From: an uncultured Bacteroidota bacterium
Lineage (GTDB): Bacteria; Bacteroidota; Ignavibacteria; Kryptoniales; JAKASW01
NCBI GenBank assembly: GCA_963790995.1
Contig: CAWBQQ010000001.1
Location: 642,034-706,033, forward strand
Length of the DNA: 64,000 bases
Direction of reading: 5' to 3'
In this document: positions 25,212 through 34,740 of the stretch, in pieces
Position numbering within the stretch: the first letter of the stretch is position 1
Layout: each line of letters opens with the position of its first letter
Program-made: the position numbers and the translations under genes
Notes under the pieces: model-generated
What the model was told of the DNA's origin: nothing
What the model saw: the letters and a program-made list of their open reading frames with translations, nothing else
Databases searched by the model: none

Positions 25212-27888
25212 TTACTTCTCCTTTTCAATTATCTTTTTTATTTCCACAATTTTGTTCAGCGCTTCAACCGGAGTAAGATTATTCACGTTGACATTCTTGA
25301 TCTTTTCCCGAAGTTCTTCATCGCCAAGCTGGAACATGTCGATCTGAAGTCCGCCTTCTCTATTTTTTGATATTACCTTTCGCGGCCTCGGCATCTTTTG
25401 TGGTGGAGGCGCACCGGCCATCGGCTGAACACCCGAATTCGACAAAGACGCCGATTCGGTTGCGGACAATTCGAATGATTCCAGGTTCTTCAAAATTTCT
25501 TGCGCACGAGCAGTAACACTTTTCGGCAGGCCAGCCATTTCAGCGACGTGAATTCCGTAGCTGTGGTCGGCGCTTCCTTCGGTAATCCTATGAAGAAATA
25601 TAACTTTGCCGTCGTACTCGCGCACATCCGCTTTTAAATTCTTAACTCTCGGATAGAGCTCGGAAAGCTCGTTCAACTCATGATAATGTGTGGCAAAAAG
25701 TGTTCGCGCATTCCGCGCAGGATTCTGATGCAGGTATTCGACAATCGACCATGCAATCGATACCCCATCAAAAGTGCTTGTTCCTCTTCCGATCTCATCG
25801 AGAAGAATAAGGCTTCGATGCGTCGCATTGTTCAAAATATTCGCCGCTTCCTGCATCTCGACCATGAAAGTGCTCTCGCCGGCACTGATGTTATCCGAAG
25901 CGCCGATTCTTGTGAAAATTTTGTCAACAATTCCGATCCTTGCTCTCTTTGCAGGGACAAACGAGCCTGCCTGCGCCATCAAAACTATAAGAGCAATTTG
26001 CCGGATGAAGACGGATTTGCCAGCCATATTAGGCCCCGTGATGAGCGCAATCTGCTCTTTTCCTTCCAGCAATTTCAGATCGTTGGAAATGAAAATTTCG
26101 CCGCTCGGCAAAACTTTCTCGACAACCGGATGTCTTCCTGCATCGATTTCTATATCGAAGGATTCGTCAACTGTAGGACGTGTGTAGTTATTCTCTTTCG
26201 CAACGCTTGATAAAGATATCATAACATCGGCAAGCGCCATGACCTTCGAAGTCGCCAGAAGAGAAGGAGAATGCGATGCCACCTCGTCTCTCAATTCCTC
26301 GAAGAGCTCCGACTCCAGCTTTTGAATTTTTTCTTCAGCGTGAAGAACCTTTTCTTCATACTCTTTAAGGTCCTGGGTCACGAAGCGCTCGGCATTTACA
26401 AGTGTCTGCTTGCGGATGTAATCGTCCGGGACGCGCGGGAGATTCGATTTCGTAATTTCGATGTAATAACCGAACACAGAATTGTAATCGACCTTGAGGT
26501 TTTGAATGCCGGTCCGGTTACGCTCAGTGGTCTGCATACGGGCAATCCAATCTTTCGCGTTAAAAGCAAGTCCACGAAGTTCGTCCAGCTCCGCATTATA
26601 ACCTTTTCTAATGACGCCGCCTTCGGAAATTTGAGCAGGTGGGTCGTCGGCAATCGCATCCGACAACCGCATTAACAGCGAAACTTCAAGATTAATCCCT
26701 GCTTCAATTTCTCGCCAAAGTTTAGAAGTGAGCATGTCAGCCGCTTCCTTGATTACAGGAAGCCTCTTTAACATGGTACGAAGCGCGCCGAGTTCGCGCG
26801 GCGAGGCTCGTTTAGTCGAAATCCTTGCCACTAACCTTTCGAGGTCGCCAAATCCAGAAAGAAGTCCGGACAATTTGCCGCACGTTTCCGAATTACCAAC
26901 CAGCTCTTCAACAGCATCGAGCCTCGCGTTAATCTGTTCGACGCTTTTCAGCGGTTGAAGCAAAATTTTTCTGAGCAGCCTTGCTCCCATTGCCGTCTGT
27001 GTCGAATCAAATACCGAAAGGAGAGTCCCATTTTCTTCAGAATCCGCCCTCGACAACCTCAAGATGCTTAAGGCTCGTCCGATTGATTGCTAGAAAACAT
27101 GACAGGCTAAATTCGGACATTCCGACGATGTGCGACAAATTCCCGTTTTGAGTCTCCGCGAGATAATCGAGTGCTGCACCCGACGCCTGAATCGCGAGAG
27201 TTTTCGATTCTATTCCGAACCCTTTCAGATTCTGGATATTGAAATGATGCACCAGCTTATCATGTGCGTAATCGAAATTGAAGATATAATCGTCTCTCCG
27301 TGTTATTATAGATTTCCTCAGTGTGGTTCTAACTGCCGGTTCAATTCTATCGGAAACGTTTCGTGGAAGGACAATTTCGAGCGGCTCGACTCTTGTCAAG
27401 TAGGTATCCAGCTCGTCAATTCCCGCCTGAACGAAATTGAACTCGCCCGTTGTCGCATCACAGAAAGCCATACCGAACTCGCGCTCATTTGAGATTACCG
27501 AGGCAAAATAACTATTTACTTTTGCGGGCTCCGCAGAAAAATTGACGCCAGGAGTAACGACATCGACGATGTCGCGCTTTACCAAACCCTTTGCAAGTTT
27601 TGGATCCTCAAGCTGCTCGCAGACGGCGACGCGGTAGCCCGCCTTCACGAGCTTCGGCAAGTATTGATTTATTGCGTGATGCGGAAAACCTGCGAGCGGG
27701 ACCTCCGACGCTCCACCGTTCGCCCGTCTCGTGAGTGTGAGCGAGAGAACCGAACTTGCAATCCTAGCATCTTCTTCGAAGGTTTCATAAAAATCACCCA
27801 TTCTGAAGAGAACTATCGCATCGGGATAACGGTCCTTAACTTTTCGATACTGGAGCATCAGTGGTGTAATCGAAGCGCCTTTACTCAT
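25212..27888 (-). pseudogene. mutS: DNA mismatch repair protein MutS, split by a +1 frameshift (or assembly indel)
   Basis: The 283-aa ORF (27037-27888) reads MSKGASITPLMLQYRKVKDRYPDAIVLFRMGDFYETF, the mismatch-binding domain. The 616-aa ORF (25212-27062) contains TQTAMGARLL and Walker A ITGPNMAGKS. The two overlap by 26 nt in frames offset by one, joining near GTCGAGGGCGGATTC (27040-27054). Span is 2677 nt, which is 1 mod 3. Confidence 0.85.
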
Positions 27889-28359
27889 TCTCGGACGTAT
27901 CCCTTCGGGAGAACTTCCGACCGGTGTTATTAAAAAAACAGACCTTCAAACTATGCCCTCACCCTCCTGAACATGTTTCGAAGACACCGTACATGCAACA
28001 GGTTGAATTATCGAAACGATCCTTCGGATAAGCTCTCCATCATATCCTGTGGACACATCATTCCTCTCTTTAGTGTGAACGAAATATACTTGAGGTGAGA
28101 AAGTTTATCAAGATTAGACTGTTGTGCAGATCGTGACTTACCTTCAAAAGCAAATTACAATTCCGCGTTGTTAACCTCAAAAGTTACCCCAAAGAAATAA
28201 AGACCTGCTTTTTCGATTCTCCTGGGGAACACTCGGATTCTTCGAAAACACTGCCTCTCAAATCAAATTAACTTCTTACCCTATGGTGACGGTCCAATCT
28301 ACGTTTGAAATATCTTGTCCTCAGATTTGAATTTCTCATAATGGGGGTGAAGAGAACAC

Positions 28360-28833
28360 TCAGCGATCGGGCAGGTTTTCTTCCTTTAGAATAAGCCACT
28401 TCCCTTCCTCGGCGATCCACTTGATCTTAAAGCGCCCCGAAACTACCAGGGTCTTGCCGCTCGAAATGACGACCTTCTGATTGTAGCGAACCACCTGAGT
28501 CGCGGTTGAGCCGGAAACCTCGGTTGAAGCGGCTTGAAAGTTTTCCTCAAGAACCTTGTATTCGGTGAAGGATTTAAGAAATTTACGAATCAATTCACGA
28601 CCGCGAATCAGCGGCTCACCAGGGTTGACTAATTCGCCCTGCTCGGCAAAAAGGTCTGCAATGCCATCATTGTTCATGTGCAAGACCAGATCGGCATACC
28701 GCTGAAGCGTTTGCTGTACTGTTTCAGCCCTGTTCATGGTCTCTATCGACGGAGAACGCGAAGTAGAGCAAGCGGCAAGTCGCAGAACAATAACGAGGGC
28801 CATAGCGAAAAATAGGTGTGCGCTTTTCATCAA
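28360..28833 (-). CDS. SnoaL/NTF2-like (DUF4440-type) lipoprotein
   Basis: 157-aa ORF. Lipobox LRLAAC, then a roughly 130-aa alpha+beta-barrel-sized domain ending in KWIAEEGKWLI, typical of NTF2-like folds. Confidence 0.5.
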   Translation of the reverse strand: MMKSAHLFFAMALVIVLRLAACSTSRSPSIETMNRAETVQQTLQRYADLVLHMNNDGIADLFAEQGELVNPGEPLIRGRELIRKFLKSFTEYKVLEENFQAASTEVSGSTATQVVRYNQKVVISSGKTLVVSGRFKIKWIAEEGKWLILKEENLPDR

Positions 28834-28876
28834 GTCCCCTTTAAGTTAAACAATCGTTATCTATATTTTATCAGGA

Positions 28877-29623
28877 TTAATAATGCTCCGCTTTCGCTTC
28901 AAAAAGACTGTCGCTCAATCCGGAATTTACACTATAGTCAGAGTAGTAAATCTCCACTTTGCCTCTCATTCCATTTTGAAATCGGCGCTCCTCACCAAAA
29001 CCATTTTGAGATGAACCGGCATTTGACACATCGAAATTGACCTCGACCTTCGTCGGCAGCTGGAATTTTCCGAAAATTCCATAAGAGATATCTGCCTTTG
29101 CCTCACCGCCTCGAGGAAGCGCAGATGATATCTCTCTGATTAACCAATTTCTTTTGTCTATAATCAATGCGACGTTTTGTCGGTGCACGCCGCTTTTCGG
29201 AACCAGCAGAACGCGAACGGCGGGATCACCTTCATAAGTCAAAGTGTCCAGCACGCTGACATCAAAGCTATCCGGGTTAAACTTACGTGGATTAAAGACT
29301 CCGACTTCTTTAGGCAGGACAAAAATCCCCTTCGAGTCTATTTTCACTTTGTCAGGTTCTTTATAATATATTTTTGCTTCCATGTCCTGGGCTTGGACAT
29401 TTTCAATGTCAAGGTGAACTCTGACATCGACCGTATAATCTTTTATTCCTGATAAATTGTCTGCGACGTTCTGGAGATATTTCTGGCCGTCGCTTCCACC
29501 AAAACCCAGGACAAAAAATGTGAAAACCGGGAACGCGAAGACACTCAAGCATTTGAGCAATTGGGGCAAGAGGTTGGCAAACGTTTGCGCTCTTTGCGGC
29601 AATTGCCTTTCATAATGATTCAT
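28877..29623 (-). CDS. LolA-like outer-membrane lipoprotein-sorting family protein
   Basis: 248-aa ORF. N-terminal anchor, then IKDYTVDVRVHLD...AKIYYKEPDKVKIDSKG...VRVLLVPK, the pattern of LolA-like/DUF4292-type half-barrels. Its start codon overlaps the stop codon of the ABC-2 permease by 1 nt (both at 29623). Confidence 0.55.
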   Translation of the reverse strand: MNHYERQLPQRAQTFANLLPQLLKCLSVFAFPVFTFFVLGFGGSDGQKYLQNVADNLSGIKDYTVDVRVHLDIENVQAQDMEAKIYYKEPDKVKIDSKGIFVLPKEVGVFNPRKFNPDSFDVSVLDTLTYEGDPAVRVLLVPKSGVHRQNVALIIDKRNWLIREISSALPRGGEAKADISYGIFGKFQLPTKVEVNFDVSNAGSSQNGFGEERRFQNGMRGKVEIYYSDYSVNSGLSDSLFEAKAEHY

Positions 29624-30466
29624 TAACTTATTATATCCTTTCTCATGAACACGAAGTACGAAATACCAAAGAACAATCCGTCATGACCCAGCAAAGCAAG
29701 AGAATATTTGCCGACTTCAGTCCATTTTATTGGCTCGTCGAGAAAAAGCTGCCAGATATTCATATACGTCGTGAACAAATACGGGCGGAGAGCCTCGAGT
29801 GAATCGAACGGTAAATTTCCGACGATGAAAAAGATTATCACGACCGCTATCGAACCGATGATGGGGCCGATGGAATTATCGACAAGTGTCGAGAAAAAGA
29901 AACGCGAGCGACCCGACCACCGACATCGAGAGAATTGCCGCGACGAAAGCGAGGAGCGTTCTGGAAGCTGCAATTTGCTGAGGCAGGATAACAATATGTG
30001 GAATTCCGGGCTGAATCCGGATTACATCGCCGCTCCCGAAAAATGCATAACCGATTCCTATGCAGAGCACGGCGAGAAAAATCACCAGCGCTGCGGTGTA
30101 AAAAAGCATCGTGAGATACTTTGAAAAAATAATTCTTGAACGCGACGGCGGCCTGATTAGCAGGAATCTGATAGTTCCCGCCGCCCCTTCCGAAGAGACC
30201 ATATCGCCCGCAACAAGCGCAATAAGGAATGGGACATGAACGTAGAGTGAATTCATAACGAACGTTGTGATTGTCCAGACATTTACGATATTTCCTGATA
30301 CGAGAAAATCCGCGCCTAAGTTTCCGGAAAATGTCCGCGCCATCGTGACTTCGTTCAACCTGATAATTATTTCCAGGAGAACTACCGCACTTGCTACCGC
30401 AGCAAAGCCGATGTAGGTTCGCCAGCGCCGGAATGTCTTCTGCACTTCGAGAACAAAGAGTTTCAC
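29623..30466 (-). pseudogene. ABC-2 type transporter permease, split by a +1 frameshift in a T5 run (or assembly indel)
   Basis: The 196-aa ORF (29876-30466) and the 123-aa ORF (29623-29994) are both polytopic. The join ...VVGSLAFLF|STLVDNSIGPIIG lies at GCGTTTCTTTTTCTCGAC (plus-strand A5 at 29894-29898). Span is 844 nt, which is 1 mod 3. Confidence 0.7.
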
Positions 30467-31377
30467 ACTTCCGACGCTCCTTCTGTAATCTTCAAAAAAT
30501 AATCTTCAAGAGTCCGCTTTGCCGCAAACGATGAAACGTCGATACCATTTGTGACGAGAAGTTTATTCAACTCAGCTGCTCTGCCAGATTCGATACGAAT
30601 ATCAATTCCGTTTGCGACAGAGATTATCTCAACCCACGCCGTCTTCTTCAAAATATCGACAGCCATCTCCTGCGGTGAAGCTTGCAAAGAGTAATAAGAT
30701 GAGTCGCCATTCAAAAGTTCCGATACTTTTCCCTGCGCAATAAGTTCGCCGTGATTAAGAACTGCCATCCTGCTTGCCACAGCCTCGACTTCAGTAAGCA
30801 AATGTGACGAAAGAAAAATCGTCGTACCATGTTCCCTTGAAAGTGTGAGGACGAGCTCACGCACCTCTTTCATCCCCTGCGGGTCGAGCCCGGAAGTCGG
30901 CTCGTCGAGAATTATAAGATCAGGTCCGGTAAGAATAGCCTGAGCAATCCCGAGCCTCTGCTTCATCCCATGAGAAAACGTTTTGACTTTGTCGAAAGCC
31001 CTCGACCGCAACCCGACTATTTCTAGAGCATTTAAGATTTCATCTTTGGTCACTTTGCGAGTGAGTGAGCCGAGGACTTCGATGTTCCTGTATGCCGAAA
31101 GGTAAAGATAAAAGTCCGGCTTCTCCACGATACCACAAACTTTCGAAAGAACAAATTTTCTATTTCCCCTCACTTCTTTCCCGAAAATCTTAACGCTTCC
31201 GGCAGTCGGTGAAAGGAGAGTCAGAATCATCCTGATTGTTGTGCTTTTGCCCGCTCCGTTCGGCCCAAGAAATCCGAAAACGTCTCCGTAATGCACCTCC
31301 AAGTTTACATCCTTAACTGCCCAGCGGTCGCCGAATTTCTTGCTGAGCCCCGATGTAGTTAATATTGTTTCAGACAT
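30463..31377 (-). CDS. ABC transporter ATP-binding protein (ABC-2/DrrA-like)
   Basis: 304-aa ORF. Walker A GPNGAGKST, signature FSHGMKQRLGIA, Walker B LIILDEPTSGLD. Confidence 0.9.
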   Translation of the reverse strand: MSETILTTSGLSKKFGDRWAVKDVNLEVHYGDVFGFLGPNGAGKSTTIRMILTLLSPTAGSVKIFGKEVRGNRKFVLSKVCGIVEKPDFYLYLSAYRNIEVLGSLTRKVTKDEILNALEIVGLRSRAFDKVKTFSHGMKQRLGIAQAILTGPDLIILDEPTSGLDPQGMKEVRELVLTLSREHGTTIFLSSHLLTEVEAVASRMAVLNHGELIAQGKVSELLNGDSSYYSLQASPQEMAVDILKKTAWVEIISVANGIDIRIESGRAAELNKLLVTNGIDVSSFAAKRTLEDYFLKITEGASEV

Positions 31378-31414
31378 ATTTCAGACGCCAATGATCTTTT
31401 AGCAATAGTGAATA

Positions 31415-31969
31415 CTAATTTGAGTGCGCCGCGTTTGTCACTGCCAATCTTATATCAGCAACCAGAAAATATATCGCGGTAATTATCGCTCCGCAGCAAG
31501 ACATAATGCCGAGCACAAGAACTATCGTAGAAATCGCCCCGGCGGAATCCATCATGCCGGCATGGGTAAATATCCAGTTCCAATCATGGATTGCGCTGTC
31601 GGAAATTAGACGAAGCCTTTTGTAAGGTGCATCACCTATATAGACGGAAACATTTATCATGTTATGACCCAGCCAATAGAGAGTTCCGATAAGACTCCGC
31701 AGACTCGTTTTAAGGAGGACGTAAATCGTAAGCAACGGCAATACAATCTGCATCAACGAGCCGCCCATGAAGTATATCATCCTCCCGAAAAACCAAAAGA
31801 AGAAATGTCCGCCTTCATGTATGAATAAGTCAACCGTATCGATCGTCCATAATATAAACGGCATGTGCGCCCGTCCGTAAAATGTCTGATAATCTATTGA
31901 CATGTACCGGGTGAAATATCCGATTATCGCAATCAGAACGATGTCCAGCAAAATAATAACTTTATTCAA
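31415..31969 (-). CDS. small polytopic membrane protein with an HExxH motif (putative intramembrane metalloprotease-like)
   Basis: 184-aa ORF with 5 TM segments. HEGGH lies at the start of a TM segment (DLFIHEGGHFFFWFFG). Confidence 0.35.
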   Translation of the reverse strand: MNKVIILLDIVLIAIIGYFTRYMSIDYQTFYGRAHMPFILWTIDTVDLFIHEGGHFFFWFFGRMIYFMGGSLMQIVLPLLTIYVLLKTSLRSLIGTLYWLGHNMINVSVYIGDAPYKRLRLISDSAIHDWNWIFTHAGMMDSAGAISTIVLVLGIMSCCGAIITAIYFLVADIRLAVTNAAHSN

Positions 31970-32064
31970 TGAAATTTCAATTGTTTAAAAGATAGTAGAA
32001 AGAAGCGAAAAATCCAGTTTACAAAAATTAACGGTAACTTAATTCAATTTTCACCGAAGAACTC

Positions 32065-32093
32065 TTGACAACTTGAAAGGAGGTGTTTATATT
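32065..32093 (+). promoter_or_regulatory. sigma-70-type promoter of the tetR-lolA-like-permease operon
   Basis: TTGACA (32065-32070), an exact 17-nt spacer, then TATATT (32088-32093). Lies 30 nt upstream of the TetR ATG. Confidence 0.6.
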
Positions 32094-32099
32094 ATTCCT

Positions 32100-32117
32100 A
32101 AACTGACCGGTCGGTTT
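32100..32117. promoter_or_regulatory. 18-bp imperfect palindrome, candidate TetR operator
   Basis: AAACTGACCGGTCGGTTT has 8 of 9 symmetric half-site positions. It sits between the -10 element and the TetR start codon at 32123, where it would occlude the transcription start. Confidence 0.55.
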
Positions 32118-32122
32118 ATAAA

Positions 32123-32728
32123 ATGACAAGAAAAATAAACGAACAAAACATAGCCAGGAGGAGAGAGCAAATCATTCACGGAGCAATTTCAGCATTTGCT
32201 CGAACCGGGCTCAAAGAAACAAGCATGGATCAGATTGTCCGAGAATCAAAGACCAGCAAGGGATTATTATACTGGTATTTCAGGAACAAGGATGAGTTAA
32301 TTCAGGCAGTCTTCAAGTCTTTCTTCGAAGGTGTTCTTGGAACTAAAGATATAATGGAATTGACTGCCAGTGCGACGGACCGCATGAACATGTTCACAGA
32401 TGTCGCGGTTTCCGAAATAACCAGAGTATTTCGTTTCCGACCCATCATCCAGGAGCTTTATGTATTCGCATTCCGTAACAAGACGATTAAGAAGCTGGCA
32501 AAGAAAGAGTTCGATGTCTATTTTGAGATGTTGAAGAACATCATTCAAGACGGCATCAAAAACGGGGAGTTCCGCCGGGTTAATCCCGCTGAAGCTGCCA
32601 ATGCAATTTTGGCGACCATTGAAGGTACATCGCTTCTTTTTTTCATGGGCGTCATGGATACCGATGTCGGAGAACAAACACGAGTAGGAATCAATCTGAT
32701 TTTAGATGCAATTAAGGTGAAGAAATGA
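32123..32728 (+). CDS. TetR/AcrR family transcriptional regulator
   Basis: 201-aa ORF. N-terminal HTH region AFARTGLKETSMDQIVRESKTSKGLLYWYFRNKDEL. Confidence 0.9.
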   Translation: MTRKINEQNIARRREQIIHGAISAFARTGLKETSMDQIVRESKTSKGLLYWYFRNKDELIQAVFKSFFEGVLGTKDIMELTASATDRMNMFTDVAVSEITRVFRFRPIIQELYVFAFRNKTIKKLAKKEFDVYFEMLKNIIQDGIKNGEFRRVNPAEAANAILATIEGTSLLFFMGVMDTDVGEQTRVGINLILDAIKVKK

Positions 32729-33489
32729 AACTCTTTGATTCAATTCACGCTCGATCCATTCAAATGATTTCCCTGTTTATGCTGCTTGCCGGTAATTCGT
32801 GTGCCCAGGATGCTAGGCAAATCGTCCAAAAGGCCGAAGACGCAATAAAAGGAAAAACCTCCAGCTACTCCATAATGGAAATGACAGTTACGACTCCGGA
32901 CTATAAACCTCGAACGATAAAAATGGAGAGCTGGTCAAGTGGCAACGAAAAGGCTCTCGTTAAAATTTTAGCTCCAGCTCGTGAAGCGGACAACCGCACT
33001 CTTAAACTCGGGAACGATATATGGATGTATCTCAGAGCAACCGAGACCACAATTAGAATTCCGCCGTCCATGATGCTTCAGTCCTGGAACGGCTCGGACT
33101 TCACTTACAACGACATGGTACACGGAGAGAATCTAATCAACGATTACGATATAACCATTATCGGCAGCGATAAGATCGACGAAGTCCAATGCTGGAAATT
33201 CCAATTGATTCCAAAACCCAACGCTCCCGTTGTGTGGGGAAAGATCATTTACTGGGTTCGAAAAGAAGACGATCTGCCTTCGCAGGTCGAATATTTCGAC
33301 GAAAAAGGATCGCTGATACGAACGATGGCAATGAGTGATTTCAAGACGATGGGTGGAAGAATGATTCCGACCGTATGGACAATGTTTAATGCCGACAAAA
33401 CTCATTCGACGGAAATGAAAATGGATAAGGCATCATTCGATGAAAGAATTCCTTCGAGCGTCTTCTCACTGAAGGGATTGGAACGATAG
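32725..33489 (+). CDS. outer membrane lipoprotein-sorting protein (LolA-like family)
   Basis: 254-aa ORF with a signal peptide. LKLGNDIWMYLRATETTIRIPPSMMLQSWNGSDFTYNDM is characteristic of the LolA_like family. Overlaps tetR by 4 nt. Confidence 0.7.
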   Translation: MKLFDSIHARSIQMISLFMLLAGNSCAQDARQIVQKAEDAIKGKTSSYSIMEMTVTTPDYKPRTIKMESWSSGNEKALVKILAPAREADNRTLKLGNDIWMYLRATETTIRIPPSMMLQSWNGSDFTYNDMVHGENLINDYDITIIGSDKIDEVQCWKFQLIPKPNAPVVWGKIIYWVRKEDDLPSQVEYFDEKGSLIRTMAMSDFKTMGGRMIPTVWTMFNADKTHSTEMKMDKASFDERIPSSVFSLKGLER

Positions 33490-33495
33490 AATAAG

Positions 33496-34740
33496 ATGCT
33501 CCTCCTAAGCATCGCCTGGAGAAGTCTCCGGCGAAACCGTCGACGCTCCTTGCTTGCCATCTCTGCAATCGCTTTCGCCGGTACTCTCACAATCGTGCGG
33601 CTTGGATTCGACTATGGAGCCCTCAATGACGCAATTAAGTCCGCTGCCCGGCTTTCCACAGGGTTCATCGAAATACAGAGGCCAGGATATATCGATAATC
33701 CAACATTGCAAAAAAGCTTTGTGGTAACTCCGCAGGTTAAGCAAGCTATCGCAAAAAACAAAATCATCAACGGAAGCTCAATGCGGATCCAAGCAGACGG
33801 CCTCTTGAGCTATAAGGACCATTCAGTCGGCACGATGATTATGGGGATTTCTCCGTCTACCGAAGGGCTGGTCACTGACTTTCCAAATAAAGTTTCAGCC
33901 GGACATTTTCTTGCGATGAACAGGTCACCGCAAGATGGAGCGACGGAAATTGTGGTCGGCTTCAGGCTTCTCCAGAACATGAAGGCAAATATCGGCGATT
34001 CCGTAGTCGTGCTCGCCCAAGGAGCTGACGGCGTGCTGGACAATATGTTCGCGAGGATTGTCGGCACGTTCAAAACCGGCGCAGGCGAAATGGATCGGAT
34101 GGGCGCGTTCATGAACATAACGGATCTGCAAAGTTTTCTTTCCATGAGCAACAGGGTGAATGCCGTCGCAATTTCCGTCGGCAGCATGGACGACGTTGAC
34201 GAAGCGACATCTGAACTCAATTCCACTCTAAAGCCGATTGGCCTTATTGCGGTGCCATGGCAGGCTCTTTTACCCCAGATAAATCAGACCATGGAATTTA
34301 AGCGCCAGGGAGACCTTCTATTCGTTGTCATCCTCCTATCGGTCGTGGGATTCGGCATTTTAAATGCCGTTCTGATGTCCATAACCGAAAGATTCAGAGA
34401 GTACGGGGTCATGCTTTCGTTGGGAATGTCGCAGGAAAAATTAGCAGTTACCGTCGCGATCGAGATGATATTCATGCTTGTAATCGGCGTCGTATTCGGA
34501 GATTTGATGGGAGCCGGAGTTAATTATTACTTTATCGCTCACCCGATCGTCATCGGTGGAGATCTAGCTAAGCTCTATCAGGAATACGGATTCAACGTTG
34601 CAGCAATAACATCTTCTGTTTCGGCCGGCATTTTCGTTGAGGCATCTTCGGCTATCCTTATCATCTGTATCATCTCAACATTTTATCCGCTCTGGCGAGT
34701 ATTGAGACTCGAACCGTTGAAAGGGATACGGTACACCTGA
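33496..34740 (+). CDS. MacB/LolCE-type ABC permease (FtsX domain), paralog A1
   Basis: 414-aa ORF with TM1, a roughly 230-aa periplasmic domain, and 3 C-terminal TM segments. Ends LEPLKGIRYT. Paralogous to 36007-37251. Confidence 0.85.
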   Translation: MLLLSIAWRSLRRNRRRSLLAISAIAFAGTLTIVRLGFDYGALNDAIKSAARLSTGFIEIQRPGYIDNPTLQKSFVVTPQVKQAIAKNKIINGSSMRIQADGLLSYKDHSVGTMIMGISPSTEGLVTDFPNKVSAGHFLAMNRSPQDGATEIVVGFRLLQNMKANIGDSVVVLAQGADGVLDNMFARIVGTFKTGAGEMDRMGAFMNITDLQSFLSMSNRVNAVAISVGSMDDVDEATSELNSTLKPIGLIAVPWQALLPQINQTMEFKRQGDLLFVVILLSVVGFGILNAVLMSITERFREYGVMLSLGMSQEKLAVTVAIEMIFMLVIGVVFGDLMGAGVNYYFIAHPIVIGGDLAKLYQEYGFNVAAITSSVSAGIFVEASSAILIICIISTFYPLWRVLRLEPLKGIRYT

